Assembly (NCBI GenBank): GCA_963702095.1
Contig: OY969706.1
Location: 2,144,001 to 2,208,000 of the forward strand
Direction: 5' to 3'
Length of the DNA stretch: 64,000 nucleotides
Source: Candidatus Bathyarchaeota archaeon
GTDB lineage: Archaea; Thermoproteota; Bathyarchaeia; Bathyarchaeales; Bathycorpusculaceae
Numbering within the stretch: the first letter of the stretch is position 1; each line of letters begins with the position of its first letter. Under the pieces are notes generated by a model. It did not search any database and was not told the DNA's origin. It saw only the letters and a program-made list of their open reading frames with translations. Positions 1 to 9,922 of this stretch are shown in pieces. The position numbers and the translations under genes are program-made.

Positions 1-144
1 TTGCGGGTAGCGGTAGTTTGGAACATACCCATCGCAATGAACCGGTCATCCGCCGACTTCATCATTTCGTCGCCGCTGATGTGTGAAGAATACATTCGCA
101 AACTGCCAGACTACGAATGCTACAGGCACCGCTTAGACAAATAA
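1..144 (+). CDS. mgsA: methylglyoxal synthase, 3' end (partial at window edge; not in ORF track)
   Basis: Frame 1 reads [41 protein letters not shown], matching the MgsA C-terminal motif (LLRxAxVWNIPxAxNxAxADF). Confidence 0.75.
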   Translation: MRVAVVWNIPIAMNRSSADFIISSPLMCEEYIRKLPDYECYRHRLDK

Positions 145-289
145 TGGCTTAATTTTTGGTGTGATTGGGTACTCTCGATTGCTCGCGAAGGCTATTAAGC
201 AGGCACTAAATATTGGGAAATACCTATCTCCAATTCGCAAAAACTAAAACATGAGCTAAATAACTAAATTAGAATAAAGAAAAATTGGT

Positions 290-1147
290 TTAAGCCGCTT
301 TGGGCTTGGCTTTTTCTTGGACGATTGTTGCTTCTCTGTTGGCTTTGCGGATGATGTCTGCGATGGTTTCTTTGGTGGGTATGGCTGCGCCGACTGAGAG
401 TGCAACTGCTTTCTGGTGGGCTGTCTGCAGTAGTGGCTTGATGGTTTCTTTGGTTGCATAACCGATGTGTATAGCCAATGCGAAGGCTTCTTGGTTGCTG
501 GCTTCAACGCTGTGTTTGGTGGCTGCAACGTCAACGTGGAGTTGGTCGCCGTTAATCATCATGCCGTTGTCGAAGACCGCACGCATAGATATGCCCAACT
601 CAACGGCTTTTATGCCGAGTTTGGAGAGGACACCGGCTAAGCGTTCGTTGATTGGTTCACCTCTGCGGACGACCAAGGTGTCTTTGCTGACCCAGACGCT
701 GCCGTTTTCGATTTTAGTCGGTAAACCGACGGCGTTGAGTTGGCTGATGATGGGACCTGGAGGTTGACCTGTATTGCTGGATGGGACGACAACGTCGAAT
801 GCTGCTATGTCGCCTGATTTCGCGGTGGTTTTAACTTTGCCCCGTTCCAGCAGTAGCGCCAGTTTGAAGGGGTTGAGGTCGGTGAATAGGAAAACGTTTG
901 ATCCCTCCAAGTATTCCTCAAGCTTTTTGAGTTCCGCTTGGTTGAGTTCGTCAATGGCGAGTTTAATGAGTGTGTTTTTGAGGACTCGGAGGTAAACTTT
1001 GCCAGCCATGCTTTTCTTGAGTTCTTGCAACTGTGAAGCACGGACCTTTTTGAGGCTGGCGATGCCGACGGACTTGTATTCTTTGAATATGTCTTTGATT
1101 GCTGCTATTTCGCTTGATTTTTCGTCTAATACTTGTTGGGATGGCAT
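290..1147 (-). CDS. rpl10: 50S ribosomal protein uL10 (archaeal P0)
   Basis: KNTL motif, NTGQPPGP insertion domain, LGIKAVELG; downstream of rpl11-rpl1. Confidence 0.95.
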   Translation of the reverse strand: MPSQQVLDEKSSEIAAIKDIFKEYKSVGIASLKKVRASQLQELKKSMAGKVYLRVLKNTLIKLAIDELNQAELKKLEEYLEGSNVFLFTDLNPFKLALLLERGKVKTTAKSGDIAAFDVVVPSSNTGQPPGPIISQLNAVGLPTKIENGSVWVSKDTLVVRRGEPINERLAGVLSKLGIKAVELGISMRAVFDNGMMINGDQLHVDVAATKHSVEASNQEAFALAIHIGYATKETIKPLLQTAHQKAVALSVGAAIPTKETIADIIRKANREATIVQEKAKPKAA

Positions 1148-1164
1148 GATATTTCGTCTCTTGT

Positions 1165-1816
1165 TTAAGCTTTAATTTTGACTGGTTCACCCATGGATGT
1201 CTTGATGAAAACGTACTTTACGTTTTTGAAGGCCACGCTTGAGCTTTCCATCTAAGGCACGGAGAACAGTCATGGTGTTTTCAACTATTTCTTCATCCTT
1301 CATCTGTTCTTGACCAACAGGAACTTGGATGATTGGTTGAGCACGCATCCTCACAAGCACTGTTTTGCGGTGTTTCGCAATCAGGGCTGTTAGGTCAGCG
1401 TTTGGTGGAACTGGAATAGGCATTTTTCCTCTTGGACCCAGAACTGGACCGAGGATTTTACCTACCAACGGCATCAACGGCAATTCGCAGATGAAAACGT
1501 CGTAGTCGCTGGCTAGTTTACGCAGGTCCTTCTTTTTACCGTTTAATGAATCTAAGTCTGCGCGTTCGATGACTCTTTCAGCTTGAGAGCTCTTAGCTTT
1601 AACTATAAAGTCTCCGCTCGAAGCAACAACACAGACCCTGTTAGGTTTGCCCACATGTGGCAACTCCACTATTTCTTGGATTTTGCCTTCTGGAGCCTTC
1701 ATGTCTATTTCGATGATGTCGAGTATTAAATCAACTGTCTGGTTGAATTTTTTCTGACCAGACTTCGCTTTTGCCTGTTTAACTGCTTCTGTGATGGTTT
1801 TGTTGTCTAGGGGCAT
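1165..1816 (-). CDS. rpl1: 50S ribosomal protein uL1 (one extra base near 1231; probable sequencing error)
   Basis: KKFNQTVDL and LGPRGKMP motifs. Removing one base at ~1231 restores the canonical end KNVKYVFIKTSMGEPVKIKA* with stop at 1165-1167. Confidence 0.93.
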
Positions 1817-1871
1817 TTTTAAGCCTCGTGCCAATGAGGGATAAGAAACCCATTATAAAAATATTCGCTTA

Positions 1872-2363
1872 TCATTGTTGGCTACCGAATAGGGTTTCAT
1901 AGTTGCCAGCATCGATGTCTTTCTGGACTTCTCGGGGGTCTTTGCCTTCAACAGTGACGCCTAAGCTAACGCAGGTACCCAGCAACTCTTTAGTTGCATC
2001 CTTAATGTTGGATGCTAAAAGCTGCGGAGCCTTGATTTTGGCTATCTTCACCATCTGATCCATGGATAAGTCGCCGACTTTAACGGTGTTGGGTGTACCG
2101 GATCCTTTCTCTATCTTTAATTCAGCAACAAGAAGAGCGGATGAAGTAGGTGTACCGACGGTGACCTCGAAGGTTTTGTCTTCGGTATCAACACTGATTT
2201 TCACGGGAACCTTCATGCCAGCGTATTCTTTGGTGATTTCATTGATTTTGTTGACGATAGCAACTATGTTGACGCCTAAGGGGCCAAGAGCCGGACCCAA
2301 TGGTGGACCCGCGTTGGCTTGTCCGCCGTTGACAATTAATTCTACGACTTTTTTCTCTGACAT
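1872..2363 (-). CDS. rpl11: 50S ribosomal protein uL11
   Basis: GGQANAGPPLGPALGP and LGTCVSLGV motifs. Confidence 0.97.
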   Translation of the reverse strand: MSEKKVVELIVNGGQANAGPPLGPALGPLGVNIVAIVNKINEITKEYAGMKVPVKISVDTEDKTFEVTVGTPTSSALLVAELKIEKGSGTPNTVKVGDLSMDQMVKIAKIKAPQLLASNIKDATKELLGTCVSLGVTVEGKDPREVQKDIDAGNYETLFGSQQ

Positions 2364-2374
2364 ATTGTTTCACT

Positions 2375-2848
2375 TTATGCTTTTGCTTTTTCTACTAGTT
2401 TTACATAGTCTGAATGTACTGTGATGGGCAAAGTGAAGGTTGCTTCGAGGAGTTCGAGCGTAACTTCGCCTTTGGATTTGTCGAGCCGCGTGATTTTGGC
2501 GCGCATACCTTTGAATGGTCCACCAGTGATTTCGACAACGTCTTCTTCGTTGAGGTCTTCCATGACTGGTTTGCGGACGATGTAGCGTTCAATTTCGTTG
2601 AAGCTGATGAGTCCGGGTATTCGGCTGCGAACGTGACGGACGCCTTGTATGGCTTCTTCGACGAGGTGTGGTCCATCTGCTTCTATGAACACATAGCCTT
2701 TTAGGGTGTCTGGGACAAGAAGAGCTTTGATTGGAATATGGGTCATCTCGACTTTTGACGCGATTAACCGTGCAACGTTGCGTTCTTGCCCTGTGGTGGT
2801 TTTTACCGCGAAAATCTTCACTGGTGAAAGCTCTTCTTTTTTGTCCAT
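2375..2848 (-). CDS. spt5: transcription elongation factor Spt5 (NusG family)
   Basis: VKTTTGQE, LKGYVFIEA and KOW motif GGPFKG; likely start MDKKEE at 2848. Confidence 0.95.
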   Translation of the reverse strand: MDKKEELSPVKIFAVKTTTGQERNVARLIASKVEMTHIPIKALLVPDTLKGYVFIEADGPHLVEEAIQGVRHVRSRIPGLISFNEIERYIVRKPVMEDLNEEDVVEITGGPFKGMRAKITRLDKSKGEVTLELLEATFTLPITVHSDYVKLVEKAKA

Positions 2849-2861
2849 AAGCGTTTGCCTT

Positions 2862-3038
2862 CTAAGCTGATGCTCCGCCAAGAGCGAATGATATGAGTTT
2901 AATGACGAAACCTATCAAGCCGATTACTCCTATGCCTAATGCGCTAATTTTAATGGAGAGCCACAGCTCTTCGCGTCCGGGTTTAACGGCTAGCTTCATC
3001 GTTCTTGCTGCCTGTTGTAGCCAAGATTTAATTCCCAT
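2862..3038 (-). CDS. secE: protein translocase SecE/Sec61-gamma (58 aa; not in ORF track)
   Basis: MGIKSWLQQAARTMKLAVKPGREELWLSIKISALGIGVIGLIGFVIKLI..; KPxREE motif plus TM helix; conserved position upstream of spt5. Confidence 0.92.
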   Translation of the reverse strand: MGIKSWLQQAARTMKLAVKPGREELWLSIKISALGIGVIGLIGFVIKLISFALGGASA

Positions 3039-3201
3039 TTTTACCGCACCTTCAAGATTTCACTTAGATATAATAAATGTTACTGTAAGTTTTGGGCTTA
3101 AAAGGCTACTCTATAGAGGCTATTAAACATTTATGTTACTATAGAATTAGCATTTACAAACAGTTTTATAACCTTAAAAACATAATTAAGCTATTAAAAG
3201 A

Positions 3202-3711
3202 GTGCCTTACCTAATGCAGAGAGTAATCGGTATCACCTTACTTATTATAGTAGCGATTATTATTGCAGTTGAAGCAGTTGTTTTTCTTCACATTGCAAGA
3301 CTGCCCTTTGTACAAGTTAATCTGTTTGGATATTCCCAATCTTTAACGCATTGGATCAGTTGGGCAGGCACCCTATACATAGCCATTACAACCCCCATTT
3401 TGACCATCGTCAAATACCGAGCGCCAAAGCGGTATGCGGCAACCCGTAACGCCCACATGATTGGAAACTTGGTGGCTGTGCTACTAGTTTCAATTCATTT
3501 TGCACATCAAGTCACTCGACCCGCTGCTTTCTACCCAGAATTAGGCACAGGAATAGTGCTCTACACAACGATGGTTCTGTTGGTAGCCACAGGCATCATC
3601 ATGTCCACGGGATTAGCGGCGAGAGCCCATAAACAGATACGGTTTTTCCATCCAGCATTCGCAATAACATTCTACATGGTCATTATCCTGCATATAATTC
3701 AGGGATTATAG
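3202..3711 (+). CDS. multi-pass membrane protein with intramembrane His residues (possible haem-b binding)
   Basis: About 5 hydrophobic segments; HW, AHMIG, IHFAH, FHP, LHII. Confidence 0.6.
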   Translation: MPYLMQRVIGITLLIIVAIIIAVEAVVFLHIARLPFVQVNLFGYSQSLTHWISWAGTLYIAITTPILTIVKYRAPKRYAATRNAHMIGNLVAVLLVSIHFAHQVTRPAAFYPELGTGIVLYTTMVLLVATGIIMSTGLAARAHKQIRFFHPAFAITFYMVIILHIIQGL

Positions 3712-3721
3712 GCTGGGCTAT

Positions 3722-4552
3722 TTAGACTCGCCTGTAGGGTAACTGTGCTTTTTCAAGCGCAGCCAGTAACGATGGTTTATCTTCGCTTCGGATGCCCTTC
3801 CAATCCAGCAACGCCAAATGCACCTTCTCAAAAGTCCTCTCCATACACTGCTTAACCATAGCGGCATCTATGTTTGGAACGGCGTATTTAGGAATCATGT
3901 GTCCAAAAGCGGCTGCTCCAACCAGCGCCATTGTGGTGAATTTCTGGTTGTAGTGGGTACCGCCTATGCCTAAAACCGCTGACGGGGTGGACTCTTTGAA
4001 GGTTGCGATGGCGGTCATGGCGCTGTGTGCAACTGCCTCAGCGGCTTTGACGTCGCTCCACTGTGCGGGTGAACTGCCCAACTCAACAAACATTGTGGGA
4101 ACATTTAGGCTGGGTCCGTGATGAGTGCATTCATAGGAAACTTCATAATCAAACACCAACGACAGCGGCTCTTTGTAGTGCACCATGGCTTTTAGCGCGG
4201 TTTGCATGGCGAGGGCAGGCGCAACCGAGACTGTTTTGGGGGCTCCGCCGAGTTCTGCTGCGCCAAAGTTTCCAGGTGTGTGGACGGAGAGGGTGGGTTT
4301 GCCGCTTTGGCTACTGTGCCTTGAGATAAAAACGATAAACTTGGCAGCTGGGAACTTTTGGGGTAAATCTTGGGCTGTCACGGATTCACGGTTCAAGGTC
4401 ACAAGGGTTACTTCTTTGCCGTTAACGTCAGCCTCGTAAACTGGGTTGTCCTCGAAAACTTCAGTGCTCTCTTGGAAGATGTAGTTTTTGAGGAGTTGTT
4501 CTTTGATGTTTAAGCTTGCAGAGTCCTTGTTGGATGAGACGAGCAATATCAT
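3722..4552 (-). CDS. dtdA: D-aminoacyl-tRNA deacylase (archaeal DTD2)
   Basis: SRHSS, SVHTPGN, ECTHHGP, FVELGS, GGTHY and GHMIPKY motifs. Confidence 0.92.
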   Translation of the reverse strand: MILLVSSNKDSASLNIKEQLLKNYIFQESTEVFEDNPVYEADVNGKEVTLVTLNRESVTAQDLPQKFPAAKFIVFISRHSSQSGKPTLSVHTPGNFGAAELGGAPKTVSVAPALAMQTALKAMVHYKEPLSLVFDYEVSYECTHHGPSLNVPTMFVELGSSPAQWSDVKAAEAVAHSAMTAIATFKESTPSAVLGIGGTHYNQKFTTMALVGAAAFGHMIPKYAVPNIDAAMVKQCMERTFEKVHLALLDWKGIRSEDKPSLLAALEKAQLPYRRV

Positions 4553-4653
4553 GCCTTTACCCACAGGTATGGTCAGTGTTGGTGCGGAAAAAGTTTTTGC
4601 ATAAAGCTTATTATTGCATGGCTGATTGAACCATCGTTGAAGGCATAGAAAAG

Positions 4654-5562
4654 ATGCATTTGCTTAACTTCAAAGAACTCTCAGGCAAAGACCTCGCAGA
4701 CCTCGTCGATTTAGGCTTAGAAGTAAAGCATAACCCCAAAAAGTACCTTAAAACCTACGAGGGCAAATCGGCTGCCTTGGTTTTCCAGAAAACCAGCACC
4801 CGCACCCGCGTGAGCTTCGAAGTAGCCATGACACAGCTAGGCGGCCACGCACTCTACATCGACTGGCGCACCACCAACTTCACATTAGCCGACGTCTCCG
4901 ACGAAATCAGGTACCTATCCCGCAACGTCGACTGCATCATGGCACGGCTGCTCTACCACTCTGACCTCCAAAAGATGGCGGCAGCTTCCCGCGTCCCAGT
5001 CATTAACGGTTGCGACGACATGTATCATCCTAGCCAAGCGCTAGCGGACTTAATCACCATCAAAGAGAAACATGGTAAACTTGAAGGCGCCAAACTCGTC
5101 TACATAGGCGTCCACAACAACGTTACCAACAGCCTCATCGAAGCCTGCACCAAAACAGGCGTCAAATTGACTACGGTGACGCCGATTTTCAACGAAGCAG
5201 CCAGAGATGAAGCGCTTTTGGTTGAAGCGGAGAAAACTGGGCTTTGGGAAAGCACCTTAGACGTTAAAAAGGCAGTTGAGGATGCAGATTTAGTTTACAC
5301 TGACACATGGATTGACATGGAGTTCTTCACCGACCCCAAATTCGCCGTGGAGAAAGAGAAGCGCATCAAGTTGATGATGCCCTACCAAATCAACGCCGAA
5401 CTGCTCAATGGGAGCGACGCCTACATCATGCATGACATGCCTATCCACCGCGGCTACGAAATCACCGCAGGAGCTATCAACAATCCCAAGTCAGTGATTT
5501 TTGAGCAGGCAGAAAACCGGTTGTATTCGGCAAAGGCTATACTTCTGACGTTAATACGATAG
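4654..5562 (+). CDS. argF: ornithine carbamoyltransferase family protein
   Basis: STRTR, HPSQ and QAENRL motifs; variant HDMP replaces HCLP. Confidence 0.85.
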   Translation: MHLLNFKELSGKDLADLVDLGLEVKHNPKKYLKTYEGKSAALVFQKTSTRTRVSFEVAMTQLGGHALYIDWRTTNFTLADVSDEIRYLSRNVDCIMARLLYHSDLQKMAAASRVPVINGCDDMYHPSQALADLITIKEKHGKLEGAKLVYIGVHNNVTNSLIEACTKTGVKLTTVTPIFNEAARDEALLVEAEKTGLWESTLDVKKAVEDADLVYTDTWIDMEFFTDPKFAVEKEKRIKLMMPYQINAELLNGSDAYIMHDMPIHRGYEITAGAINNPKSVIFEQAENRLYSAKAILLTLIR

Positions 5563-5675
5563 AACCGCAAGAAGAGGGATTTCTATAAGAAAACGGTAAC
5601 CTCACGGGTTTTCCTGAAAAAGGTTAAACCCTTGACCTTTCATATTTATTCATAGCAGTTTTTGGTGACATAACC

Positions 5676-6511
5676 TTGGGTTTAGAACAAGAAGCAGAAA
5701 CCGAACAGACACAGACAGAGAAAACAAGCGCGCCAGCACCCAGCCGCTCAATCTGGTCAGGCTCAATCACAATTGGACTCGTCAACGTCCCAGTCAAACT
5801 TTACTCGATGATTTACGATAAAGGCATCGCATTCCATTTCCTGCACAAAACCGACGGTCAACCAATCAAGTATGTGAAAGTCTGTGTTAAAGAAGACAAA
5901 GTCGTGCCTTGGAACGAGATTGCTAGGGGTTACCAAGTCTCCAAAGACGAGTACTTGCTGTTTGATAAAAGCGAGTTGGATGCTGTTCGCCCCGAATCGG
6001 ACAAGCGTATTCGCATCAGTAAATTCGTCGATTATTTCTCAGTAGACCCCATTTACTTTGACCGCACCTATGCATTGTTGCCAGACAAAAGCAAAGACGC
6101 CTACAGCCTGCTACTCAATGCGCTGGAGAAAACCAACAAGGCGGGGCCGGGCGAATTACCTTGCGTACTAAAGAGTACCCGGCGTTGCTGCATACTTACA
6201 AGGGTGCATTGGTTCTTACGACGCTGCGGTATGCCTATGACGTGGTGGACCCCCATGATTTTGATAAACTTCAGAAGTTACCTGAGCCCCAGAAAGCCGA
6301 AGAGGACTTAGCCGTCAAAATCGTCAAGGACCTCTCAGGCGACTTCGACATCGCCGAATTCAAAGACACCTACATGGAGCGGGTGCAAGAACTCGTAGAC
6401 CAAAAGTTGAAGGGTGAAAAAATCCATGTGGAGAAACCGCCAGAAGTAGAAGCTAAAGGACTCATGGTTGCACTGCGGGATACGCTTAAGCAGCTGGAAC
6501 AGCAGAAATGA
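5676..6511 (+). CDS. ku: Ku DNA end-binding protein (split by a 1-nt deletion in a G run at ~6143-6146)
   Basis: RSIWSGSITIGLVNVPVKLY, DPIYFDRTY and FKDTY motifs. Adding one G joins ORFs 5676 and 6161 as NKAGAGRITLRTKEY. Confidence 0.9.
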
Positions 6512-7986
6512 GCCGAAGCCACCACTACAAACCCATGCTTGCAAAAGCTACAGAGCAAGCGTTTACGGATAGCGACTGGATTTTTGAGGTTAAATGGGAT
6601 GGTTTCCGTGCAATCACCTATATCGAGGAGCCATTAAGCATCCAAAGCCGCAACGGCAAAGAACTTAAACAAAACTTCCCCGAACTCGAACAACTTACTC
6701 ATCTTGCAAGCAACATCGTGGTGGACGGCGAAATCGTCGTCATGCAGGAAGGCACCCCCGACTTCCAAACCTTGCTCAAACGCGGCCAAGCAGTCTCCAA
6801 AGGCGAAATCCAGCGACAAGCCCAGCGCGCCCCCGCAGTCTACATCGTCTTTGACATTCTCGAAAAAGACGGCAACCCCCTCACCCAAATGCCGCTTACA
6901 GAGCGCAAAACCATCCTAAAAGACAGCCTCAAAGAAGGCGCCAACGTAGTCCTCTGCGACTACATCGAAGAAAAAGGCGAAGACTACTTCGGGCTGGTTT
7001 TACAGAAGGGCCTGGAGGGAGTGGTGGCGAAACGCAAAGACAGCCGCTATGAGGAAGGCTTGCGGACAGGGAATTGGCTAAAGATTAAGAAGCTAAAAAC
7101 CTGCGACTGCATCATCTTCGGCTACACCCATGGCCAAAATGTTCGCCAAGAAACCTTTGGCGCCCTGCTCTTGGGGCTCTACAACCAAAAAAAGCAGTCG
7201 GTCTACGTTGGCAAGGTAGGCACAGGCTTCACCGAGCAAATGCTCCGCCTCCTCATGGATAAATTCGAAAAAATAATCACTAAGGAACCACCGTTCAGAG
7301 CCGAGAGCGGCGACGTAGTCACGTGGCTGCAGCCCAAACTCGTTTGCGAGGTCGCTTATCAAGTTGTAACAAAGGATGGAAGGTTGAGAATGGCACGTTT
7401 CAAACGGTTAAGAGACGATAAACCCCCAGAACAATGCACCATAGACCAATTGACGCAGGTCCAACCCAAAACTGAGACGCCCGTGGCACCCCAAAATCCA
7501 AAACAAGCCGAGCTACCAGCAGACGAAAAACTCTCCCAATATGCCTCCAAACGCAACTTCCAAGAAACCCCCGAACCCAAAGGCACCAAAGAAAACAAAG
7601 AACCCCTAATCTACGTCATACAAGAACACAACGCCCGACGCCTCCACTGGGACCTCCGACTTGAAAACGGCGGCGTCCTGAAAAGCTGGGCGGTTCCCAA
7701 AGGTATCCCCGAAGAAACTAAAGTGCGCCACTTAGCTGTGGAAACTGAAGACCACCCCTATGAATACGCCAGTTTCGAAGGCACAATTCCCAAGGGGCAA
7801 TACGGTGCTGGGACAGTGAAAATCTGGGATAAGGGGCATTATGAGGCTAAAGTTTGGGAGAAAGACAAAATAGAAGTAAGGCTTGACGGCGAACGCCTGC
7901 ACGGGAACTACGTTTTGGTGCGGCTCAAGAAGTCTGAGAACCAGAAGGATTGGTTGCTGCTCAAGGGAAAAGACAGCCATGGCTAA
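6508..7986 (+). CDS. ligD: LigD-type ATP-dependent DNA ligase with C-terminal 3'-phosphoesterase domain (LIG-PE)
   Basis: EVKWDGFR, DGE, EGVVAK, WLKIK, GKVGTGF; then a PE domain YASKRNF..TPEP..QEHNARRLHWDLRLE..SWAVPKG..YGAG. Confidence 0.92.
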   Translation: MSRSHHYKPMLAKATEQAFTDSDWIFEVKWDGFRAITYIEEPLSIQSRNGKELKQNFPELEQLTHLASNIVVDGEIVVMQEGTPDFQTLLKRGQAVSKGEIQRQAQRAPAVYIVFDILEKDGNPLTQMPLTERKTILKDSLKEGANVVLCDYIEEKGEDYFGLVLQKGLEGVVAKRKDSRYEEGLRTGNWLKIKKLKTCDCIIFGYTHGQNVRQETFGALLLGLYNQKKQSVYVGKVGTGFTEQMLRLLMDKFEKIITKEPPFRAESGDVVTWLQPKLVCEVAYQVVTKDGRLRMARFKRLRDDKPPEQCTIDQLTQVQPKTETPVAPQNPKQAELPADEKLSQYASKRNFQETPEPKGTKENKEPLIYVIQEHNARRLHWDLRLENGGVLKSWAVPKGIPEETKVRHLAVETEDHPYEYASFEGTIPKGQYGAGTVKIWDKGHYEAKVWEKDKIEVRLDGERLHGNYVLVRLKKSENQKDWLLLKGKDSHG

Positions 7987-8803
7987 GCTGCATTTGGGGA
8001 CAATTGGGTGGAGCTACAACTTTTGGAAGGGCAGTTTCTACCCCGCCAAAACCGCGTCGAAGGATTTCTTGGCCTACTATGCCACCCAATTCAACACAGT
8101 AGAAGTGGACAGCACATTCTACCGCAACCCCACAGAACAAACCGTCAAAAACTGGCATGCCGTCGTCCCCGCGGGCTTCTTGTTTTCGCTAAAGTTTCCA
8201 CAACTCATCACCCATGTCCTGATGCTTAGGAACTGCCAGCCCCAAACCGACGCCTTCCTCGACCGCGTTGATCTTTTGGGGGAAAAGCTGGGTCCCCTGT
8301 TGCTCCAGTTTCCGCCCGCCTTCGCCGCAGACCACTTCTCAGACTTAGCCGATTACTTGCATAAGCTGCCTAAATGGCACCGCTATGTGGTTGAAGTACG
8401 GAACAAATCGTGGCTAACTCCGGAATTCTTTGGTCTTCTGCGTGATAGTGGAGTGGTTTTGGCTTGGGCGGATAGTGCGTTGATGGCTGAGTGTCGGGAG
8501 GTTACGGGGGATTTCTTGTATATGCGTTGGGAAGGCGACCGAGCGGCGGTGGTGGGGACTTTGGGCAAAATTGAGGTTGACAAAGCTGTGGATAGGGCAC
8601 GTTGGGCTGCAATTCTCAAGCCCTATCTTGAAAAGATAGAGGTTTTCGGATACTTCGCCAAATACTACTCGGGATTCCCGCCCCAAGACATCGCAGCCAC
8701 GTCTTCACTATTGGGTGCCCAGCCTAAAGCAGTCCAAGCCCTAAAGGAGAAACAAAACAGCTATTATCAGGCTGCTTCTAAAATCAAGTTAAAAGATGAG
8801 TGA
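7979..8803 (+). CDS. DUF72 (YecE-like) family protein
   Basis: GTIGWSY..W...FYP, VEVDSTFY, LLLQFPP, VEVRNKSW; start MAKLHLG overlaps the ligD stop. Confidence 0.88.
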   Translation: MAKLHLGTIGWSYNFWKGSFYPAKTASKDFLAYYATQFNTVEVDSTFYRNPTEQTVKNWHAVVPAGFLFSLKFPQLITHVLMLRNCQPQTDAFLDRVDLLGEKLGPLLLQFPPAFAADHFSDLADYLHKLPKWHRYVVEVRNKSWLTPEFFGLLRDSGVVLAWADSALMAECREVTGDFLYMRWEGDRAAVVGTLGKIEVDKAVDRARWAAILKPYLEKIEVFGYFAKYYSGFPPQDIAATSSLLGAQPKAVQALKEKQNSYYQAASKIKLKDE

Positions 8804-9291
8804 AAATGAACATAGACAAGCTCTGGCAGTTAGCAACGCCTATCTTGGAGAAAAACGACTTCGGCATTTCGCACACCCAGCGAGTCTTCAACATAGCCAA
8901 ACAACACTTCCCCGTAAAAGCGGAACTCCAAAACTTAACCTACGCCTCCATAATCCTACATGACATCGGCGGTTGCACAATCAAAGAACAATACGAGAAA
9001 GGACCTCTAATCGCCGCCGAACTCCTCAAACAACTAAACTGTCCAGATGACTTCATCGGGCAAGTCTGCGACATAGTTGGCTCGCACCATGACCACCCAG
9101 ACAACCCATCGGAACCCTTCAGGGCACTCTATGATGCCGATAAACTGGTTATGTTCACAGCCGAGGAGTATCCCTACTATAATGCACGGGAAGGGTTTGA
9201 CTGGGACAAGATTGTGGCGTTGATTTACACGCAAAAGGGCAGAAAGCTTGCCGAGGAATGGTTGGCGCAGAGAAGAAAGAGCAGGGCATAA
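8800..9291 (+). CDS. HD-domain phosphohydrolase
   Basis: SHTQRV, LHDIG, SHHDH and YDADKL motifs. Confidence 0.85.
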   Translation: MKMNIDKLWQLATPILEKNDFGISHTQRVFNIAKQHFPVKAELQNLTYASIILHDIGGCTIKEQYEKGPLIAAELLKQLNCPDDFIGQVCDIVGSHHDHPDNPSEPFRALYDADKLVMFTAEEYPYYNAREGFDWDKIVALIYTQKGRKLAEEWLAQRRKSRA

Positions 9292-9307
9292 GGTGAAGGC
9301 GGCAGCG

Positions 9308-9922
9308 ATGTTTTTTAGGCAGATTCAGCGGCATGGAGACAACTTTTCGTATATCATAGCTGACGAAGCCAGCGGGGAGGCTGCGGTGGTGGATTCAAGC
9401 TACAACGCAGACGGGTTCATTAGTGTCCTAAAAACGCAGAATTTGACCCTAAAATACATAGTCAACACTCATGGGCACACCGACCACACCGCCGGCAACA
9501 CCGAACTCCAAGCTTTGTTCGGCGCAAAAATGGTAGCGTACAAACAATCAAAAACCCGCTTCGACATTGCGGTCAACGAAGGCGACGTGTTGGGCGTCGG
9601 CAAAATCAAGCTTAAAGTAATCTATACGCCTGGGCACACCCAAGACGGCATCTGCATCTTAGTCGACGACTCCAAACTCTTGACCGGCGACACCCTTTTT
9701 GTGGGGGAATGCGGAAGAACGGATTTGCCAGGCGGCAACGCAAAAAGCATGTATGACAGCCTCTTTAACAAGCTTCTAAAACTGGATGATAAGGTTGAGG
9801 TTTATCCGGGGCATGACTACGGTGCAAGACCTTCTTCAACGATTGGTTTAGAGAGGAAAACAAACTATACGCTACAGCCTCGGAGCATCAAAGATTTTCT
9901 GGAGTTTATGCGTCAACCGTAG
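9308..9922 (+). CDS. metallo-beta-lactamase-fold hydrolase (glyoxalase II/ETHE1-like)
   Basis: THGHTDH, PGHT, TGDTLF, GRTDL and PGHDY motifs; likely ATG at 9308. Confidence 0.88.
   Translation: MFFRQIQRHGDNFSYIIADEASGEAAVVDSSYNADGFISVLKTQNLTLKYIVNTHGHTDHTAGNTELQALFGAKMVAYKQSKTRFDIAVNEGDVLGVGKIKLKVIYTPGHTQDGICILVDDSKLLTGDTLFVGECGRTDLPGGNAKSMYDSLFNKLLKLDDKVEVYPGHDYGARPSSTIGLERKTNYTLQPRSIKDFLEFMRQP

Noticed and set aside
6130-6170. Programmed frameshift controlling Ku expression
   Set aside because: No slippery heptamer; a missing G in a G run and five similar indels elsewhere favour sequencing error
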